Source: Candidatus Hadarchaeota archaeon (GTDB lineage: Archaea > CAYQAE01 > CAYVLA01). From it: 11,851 bases of DNA. The notes beneath the pieces were generated by a model. It was given only the letters and a program-made list of their open reading frames with translations. It ran no database searches and was not told the DNA's origin. Below, piece after piece: positions 7,775-11,851 of this stretch. Made by a program: the position numbers and the translations under genes. The stretch lies in contig CAYVLA010000103.1 in NCBI GenBank assembly GCA_964452145.1, forward strand, positions 1 to 11,851, written 5' to 3'. The first letter of the stretch is position 1. Each line of letters begins with the position of its first letter.

Positions 7775-8275
7775 CTAACGCAGCGTCAAGCGAACTATGC
7801 CCTTCATGCCCTTGATCCTTGTAAGAGCCTCCCCTGGCAGCGGCTGATCGGTTATGATTGTGAGCATCGGGGGATCTGCAAACCTGGGGTCGTCAGAGAC
7901 GACCTGTCTTATCGAGATTCCCATCTTGGCTATCTCGGATGTTACCTGATGGACTATGCCGGGAGCGGAGGGGTCCTCCACAGCTATCTCTAGCACGCCG
8001 TAGCCCAGCCTGGGGCCCGCCCTGGCCAGAAAAAGGGTTGATTCGAGGCTCTCAAACACGCTCTTGATGAAGGGATCGGCCTCGATCGACGCGACTGTAG
8101 CAGCCACAACCCGTCTGTCCACGCCACATACCCGGGCGACGCTGGCAGCTGGGACCTCCATGTCCCCGCTCCTGATCGATCCGTCCTTGACCGAGAGCCC
8201 CTGTTTGACCAGTTGGGAGGCAACCTTCCAACGGCCCGGATAGGGCTTGAAGTACTCCTCGATCCTGTTCCACAT
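7775..8275 (-). CDS. ACT-domain predicted regulator of amino acid metabolism (COG2150-like)
   Basis: MWNRIEEYF..YP...VA..L...GLSV; HTH-like ASVARVCGVDRRVV; C-terminal ACT domain (PGIVHQVTSEIAKMGISIRQVVSDDP..LTIITDQPLPG). Confidence 0.9.
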   Translation of the reverse strand: MWNRIEEYFKPYPGRWKVASQLVKQGLSVKDGSIRSGDMEVPAASVARVCGVDRRVVAATVASIEADPFIKSVFESLESTLFLARAGPRLGYGVLEIAVEDPSAPGIVHQVTSEIAKMGISIRQVVSDDPRFADPPMLTIITDQPLPGEALTRIKGMKGIVRLTLR

Positions 8276-8298
8276 CGCTCTCCCAGAGGACGTCGTGC

Positions 8299-8306
8299 AA
8301 TATAAA
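8299..8306 (-). promoter_or_regulatory. TATA box of the ACT regulator gene
   Basis: TTTATATT on -, beginning 31 nt before ATG 8275. Confidence 0.6.
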
Positions 8307-8370
8307 GTGTAGCCGGTGCTGGAAAACGCGGAAGGTAAGATTTTTGTTAGCTTCTACACCTGGGTTGGAA

Positions 8371-8464
8371 GGGCCCGTGGTCTAGCTGGCTATGACGCTG
8401 CCTTTAGCCCTTCCCGGGCGGGCAAACGGGGCGGAAGTCCGGGGTTCAAGTCCCTGCGGGCCCA
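8371..8464 (+). tRNA. tRNA-Val(TAC) with a 20-nt intron at 34/35 (8406-8425); CCA not encoded
   Basis: Acceptor GGGCCCG/CGGGCCC with A73; D-arm GTC/GAC; anticodon stem CTGCC/GGCGG; T-arm CGGGG-TTCAAGT-CCCTG. Removing 8406-8425 gives loop TT-TAC-GG. A T-rich box lies at 8341 upstream. Confidence 0.9.
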
Positions 8465-8469
8465 CTCCA

Positions 8470-8474
8470 TTTTT
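8470..8474 (+). terminator. Oligo-T putative terminator after tRNA-Val
   Basis: TTTTT starting 6 nt after the discriminator base. Confidence 0.4.
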
Positions 8475-8481
8475 GGGGTAG

Positions 8482-8952
8482 ATACGTTTATCTATCGTTC
8501 AAAACCATTCACTCGCTATCAATCCTACCTACGGCACGTGCGGAGAGATAAGCGTTGTCGGCAATGTACTCTACTACAACGGCGTACTAGGAATCCGTCT
8601 CAACGGAGCAGCAAACCAACAGGTCCTTGCATGTGCTATCACTGGGAATGTCTCTGGCTACAACCAGAACCGCGGCATAGTTCTGGATAATTACTGCAGG
8701 GGAAACACCGTGGTCAAAAACTCAGTGTTCAACAGCATTAGCTATGGCATTATCGAATACGCTAACCAAGGCAATGACTACAATGCTATGGTAGCGAACG
8801 CGTCTACAAACAATACATCGGGAGACCCAGATAATGTCTATCAAGTTGTCAAGAACGGCCCAAACAGCTTTGAGGAACACAACATCAAGAAGTATGACCT
8901 TGCCCATGTAGGCGATGTTGTCGGAACTGACAACATCGATGTCTTTATGTAG
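8482..8952 (+). pseudogene. 5'-truncated right-handed parallel beta-helix (PbH1/NosD-like) gene fragment
   Basis: The frame is open from 8482 (after TAG 8479-8481). It reads ...GEISVVGNVLYYNGVLGIRLNG..ACAITGNVSGYNQNRGIVLDNYCRGNTVVKNSVFNSISYGIIEY.., with no ATG/GTG/TTG until GTG 8710, which is mid-repeat. GC is low (25/60 in 8701-8760). Confidence 0.7.
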
Positions 8953-8974
8953 CATTGGTCGTATGGTCTGGAAT

Positions 8975-9484
8975 ATGGCCGGGGATGATGAGAGGAAGCT
9001 TGTTGATGAGTTAGTTTCGTCGACCAGGAGGATGAAGCACCTTGATTTGGATCCGGTTCAGGTCGAGATCATCAGGACGCTTATGGACGGCAGCAGGACG
9101 GTTTCTGAGATCGCTGAGTTGGTATACGGGGTCAGAAGGGTCGATGGATCGTTCACTGCATACTACAGCAAGCTACGCCGATCAATATCCGGGTTAGAAA
9201 GCAGCGGATTCGTGAAGAGAAGCGGGTTGTTCGGAAGAGGCAAGCCATACCACCTAACCCAACATGGCGTGGCGAAACTGGCGAGCATATCCCCTGGAAT
9301 GAGCAAGACCGATCTGTTCACCCACAAAGACCTCCTCATCTATTCGGTTGTCCCCATCGCCGGGGCGATCTGCTGGTATGTGGCGTCGGAGAGCTTGGCA
9401 TTCCTTGTCAGTCTCAGCGTCTTCTTCTTCCTCCTTGGCATAGCGGCCACAAGATCAGCTCAAATTATGGGGAGAGTGATGTAG
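8975..9484 (+). CDS. Winged helix-turn-helix protein with two C-terminal transmembrane helices (membrane-anchored regulator)
   Basis: DPVQVEIIRTLMDGSRTVSEIAELVY...LRRSISGLESSGFV...KPYHLTQHG is ArsR/PadR-like. Hydrophobic segments LLIYSVVPIAGAICWYVA and LAFLVSLSVFFFLLGIAAT follow. TTTATGTA box begins 31 nt before ATG 8975. Confidence 0.82.
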   Translation: MAGDDERKLVDELVSSTRRMKHLDLDPVQVEIIRTLMDGSRTVSEIAELVYGVRRVDGSFTAYYSKLRRSISGLESSGFVKRSGLFGRGKPYHLTQHGVAKLASISPGMSKTDLFTHKDLLIYSVVPIAGAICWYVASESLAFLVSLSVFFFLLGIAATRSAQIMGRVM

Positions 9485-10522
9485 ATGGACGATGTGGAGA
9501 AAGAGGAGCCCGTAGAAGTCCCACTCTACCTCGCAATGTGGGAGAAAGTCCTCATCGTGCTGATCGTCTACTTCGCGCTGGCGTCGGTGATAGCAGGAAT
9601 ATCGATCTCTCGTCACGTCACACACATCCTCCCAGACGGAGACGGCTATGACGCCAGTCCGGAGCAGGAATTCCTGATAGGTGCTGGCTATGCACCCAGA
9701 TTGGCTCAGGTCGGGGACCGCTACGCGATCCTGGTCCAGAACAATGGTCTGGAGCTCATCTACTCGGATGACTGCCGGAACTGGTCTCAGCCTGTGCGGG
9801 TGAGCGACTGGCGCGACCCGCTGAGGTACGGAACCCAAGGCTGCTTGTTGCGCAGATCTGGCGGCGAGTATCTGCTCGCCTATGCCCAACAGGACCAAGC
9901 CAGCGCATACGAGCTTCGCATCCTCGTATCCGAATCCGGAGACGGGTACAACTGGTCTGCCCCGCGAATCCTGAACATGAGCCCAATCCGCATCTGGCAA
10001 CTCTACGCTATCTCCATGGCAGAGACATCTGTCGGCGAGGTGATTCTAGCCATCTCGGGCGAGGAATTCGGTATTGCGACAATGACGACGACGAACGGCA
10101 TCGACTGGCAAGGCCCTGATCGTAGGAGATCCTTGGATGAGTATGGGGGCGTATCCATCATCGAAACAAACGACCGGATCTACATAGCCTACGGAGATCG
10201 TAGCGTTGTGTGGCTGGGATACTGGAAAGACGCCGAGTGGCAGGTGTCGAGAGTCACCCCCCAGAAGCTCTTCACCTACACTGGGCTAGTCTCCATGACT
10301 CAACTGAACAACGGGCTGATGGTCATAGCATTCGATCACCAAGACAGCGTCTATCTCACCGCTTCAAGAGACATGCAGTACTGGGACTACCCCTTCAATG
10401 TAAGCAAGGGCAGCATGCCCACGATCGCTCCCTTCGGAGCCAGTAGCCTTATCCTTGCCTACAACCATGAAGAGAGGATCTATGCCAGGATCGTCGATCT
10501 TGCGGAATGGACGGTGACCTGA
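9485..10522 (+). CDS. Membrane-anchored Asp-box/BNR-repeat beta-propeller (sialidase-fold) protein
   Basis: N-terminal TM VLIVLIVYFALASVIAGISI. Asp-box-like motifs YSDDCRNWS, SGDGYNWS, TTNGIDWQ, SRDMQYWD. The ATG immediately follows the upstream TAG. Confidence 0.8.
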   Translation: MDDVEKEEPVEVPLYLAMWEKVLIVLIVYFALASVIAGISISRHVTHILPDGDGYDASPEQEFLIGAGYAPRLAQVGDRYAILVQNNGLELIYSDDCRNWSQPVRVSDWRDPLRYGTQGCLLRRSGGEYLLAYAQQDQASAYELRILVSESGDGYNWSAPRILNMSPIRIWQLYAISMAETSVGEVILAISGEEFGIATMTTTNGIDWQGPDRRRSLDEYGGVSIIETNDRIYIAYGDRSVVWLGYWKDAEWQVSRVTPQKLFTYTGLVSMTQLNNGLMVIAFDHQDSVYLTASRDMQYWDYPFNVSKGSMPTIAPFGASSLILAYNHEERIYARIVDLAEWTVT

Positions 10523-10752
10523 TGCGGCCCGTGAGACAGCCCAGATTCCCGGGAAAACGGCTAACCATCTGCATCTGCAGGATCCCTGGACGTCGCTCCA
10601 CAACCAGGGCAAGCATACTCAGACCAACCGGCCACGACCGCAATGCCGAGTCGGATGGCAGGACGTCACGACAATGCGGAAGGAGTGCAGGAACGTCCCC
10701 AAGATGACGGGAAGTCAGAGCAATCCCAGAGAATTCCCAGGGTGGATGTGAA

Positions 10753-11851
10753 GTGGGAGCGCACAAGATCCAGAGATCGGGGGACGAGCTTCCGGACGTG
10801 GGCGATCACCGTGTCTGGAATTGTGCTCTGTGTGGGAAAGCGATATGGAGGGAGCCGCGTGCATGCTGGAGGTGTGGCTTGACATTCTGCTGGAAGCATG
10901 CACCACCCGCAAAACACAACTGTAAGTACTTCAAGGAACCTTTCCACACCAGACACAAGAAAGCCCTCATTGCCGCACTTGCTCCTATTGTCGTGGCAAT
11001 GGTCGTGACAGTAGCTCTGTATCTATCATCGCTAGAGCCTCCCACCCCGGGCTATCAGGCATATCCCTCCGTGTATGACCGTGTCATCGTTTGGGAAGAT
11101 GGCAGAAGCGGAAGCGACGATATCTACATGTACGATCTGGAAACAGGCAAGGAGACGCCGTTAGCCACGGGACCGGGTAGTCAGACCCTACCAAAGGTCT
11201 GGGACAGTGTTGTTGTTTGGCAGGACAATAGGAATGGGGATTGGGACATCTACGCATACGATATTGAGTCAAAGAAGACCAAGCAGATCACGTCAAGCCT
11301 TGCAGATCAGATGTCCCCTGCTGTGTGGAGCGGAATCATTGTTTGGGAAGACAATAGAAGCGGCAACATGGACATCTACGCATACGACCTTCAAACCGGG
11401 GAGGAGAAACAGATAACTTCAAACGAGAAAGACCAGAGGTTCCCGTGCATTGATAGCGGTGTTGTGGGCTGGGTGGATTTCAGGAACGGTAACTCTGACA
11501 TCTACGTGTACGATCTGGTGACTGGCGAGGAAAGGCAGATAACTTATGACAAGGCGAACCAGGGAGGTCCGGCAGTTCGCGGAGCCAACATCGTGTGGGT
11601 GGATGGTAGGAACGGGAACCGGGATATCTATCTGTACGATCTAGCCACAAGACAGGAATGGCAGGTAACGGTGAGCTCTGGTAATGAGACACATCCATCG
11701 ATTTACGGCAGCATCATAGTCTGGCAAGACGATAGGAAAGGGAACTATGACATATACGTGTACAATCTGACCGATGGCAGAGAAACATGTCTCACAAGAC
11801 AGTCAACTGACCAGTACGATCCATGTGTGTACGGGAACACTGTCGCATGGA
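10753..11851 (+). CDS. AN1-type zinc finger - TM - beta-propeller repeat surface protein (3'-partial; not in the ORF track)
   Basis: Frame open from 10708 to the window end; GTG 10753 follows GGTGG (alternative GTG 10798). Contains CALC-x10-CWRC-x4-C-x2-H-x5-H-x-C, TM ALIAALAPIVVAMVVTVALYL, and 42-aa repeats of the methanogen surface beta-propeller/TolB-like type (P.V....VWED.R.G..DIY.YDL.TG.E..IT). Confidence 0.88.
   Translation, partial: MGAHKIQRSGDELPDVGDHRVWNCALCGKAIWREPRACWRCGLTFCWKHAPPAKHNCKYFKEPFHTRHKKALIAALAPIVVAMVVTVALYLSSLEPPTPGYQAYPSVYDRVIVWEDGRSGSDDIYMYDLETGKETPLATGPGSQTLPKVWDSVVVWQDNRNGDWDIYAYDIESKKTKQITSSLADQMSPAVWSGIIVWEDNRSGNMDIYAYDLQTGEEKQITSNEKDQRFPCIDSGVVGWVDFRNGNSDIYVYDLVTGEERQITYDKANQGGPAVRGANIVWVDGRNGNRDIYLYDLATRQEWQVTVSSGNETHPSIYGSIIVWQDDRKGNYDIYVYNLTDGRETCLTRQSTDQYDPCVYGNTVAW
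11056..11851 (+). repeat. Tandem 126-nt (42-aa) beta-propeller blade repeats, at least 7 copies
   Basis: Conserved Trp codons at 11092, 11218, 11344, 11470, 11596, 11722 and 11848, an exact 126-nt period. Confidence 0.9.

Noticed and set aside
8403..8429. Alternative tRNA readings (anticodon TAG/Leu, AAC, or intron at 35/36 or 37/38)
   Set aside because: The body is Val-type with a short variable loop. Only the 34/35 placement gives both a 4-bp central helix and a 7-nt mature loop.
8316..8690. 124-aa ORF across the tRNA
   Set aside because: It overlaps the tRNA gene and the better-supported beta-helix frame.
10523..10752. ORFs 10507-10707 and 10643-10882, and a short CCCTGG/CCAGGG inverted repeat
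   Set aside because: No coding signal, and short stems are expected by chance at this GC.
11056..11851. CRISPR array or non-coding tandem repeat
   Set aside because: The repeats are degenerate, in-frame 126-nt coding units conserved at the protein level.

Overview
Archaeal genomic window of roughly 55-60% GC (estimated by eye). The left three-quarters is core genome: purC; a probable rpo5(rpoH)-prf1(aRF1)-argS operon; a small membrane protein divergent from a hypothetical gene; and a minus-strand run of ACT-domain regulator, conserved hypothetical and argG. A tRNA-Val(TAC) gene carries a 20-nt intron inside its anticodon (34/35). After the tRNA the sequence looks accessory: a low-GC, start-less beta-helix gene remnant, a membrane-anchored winged-helix regulator, a membrane-anchored Asp-box beta-propeller, and an AN1 zinc finger-TM-beta-propeller protein that runs off the window. 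The most striking observations are a two-domain, eukaryote-RPB5-like Rpo5 outside the usual rpoH-rpoB-rpoA operon, an ArgRS whose HIGH motif reads NIAR, the anticodon-splitting intron, and the cluster of membrane-tethered sensor/regulator-like proteins. All calls come from reading the sequence; no searches were run.
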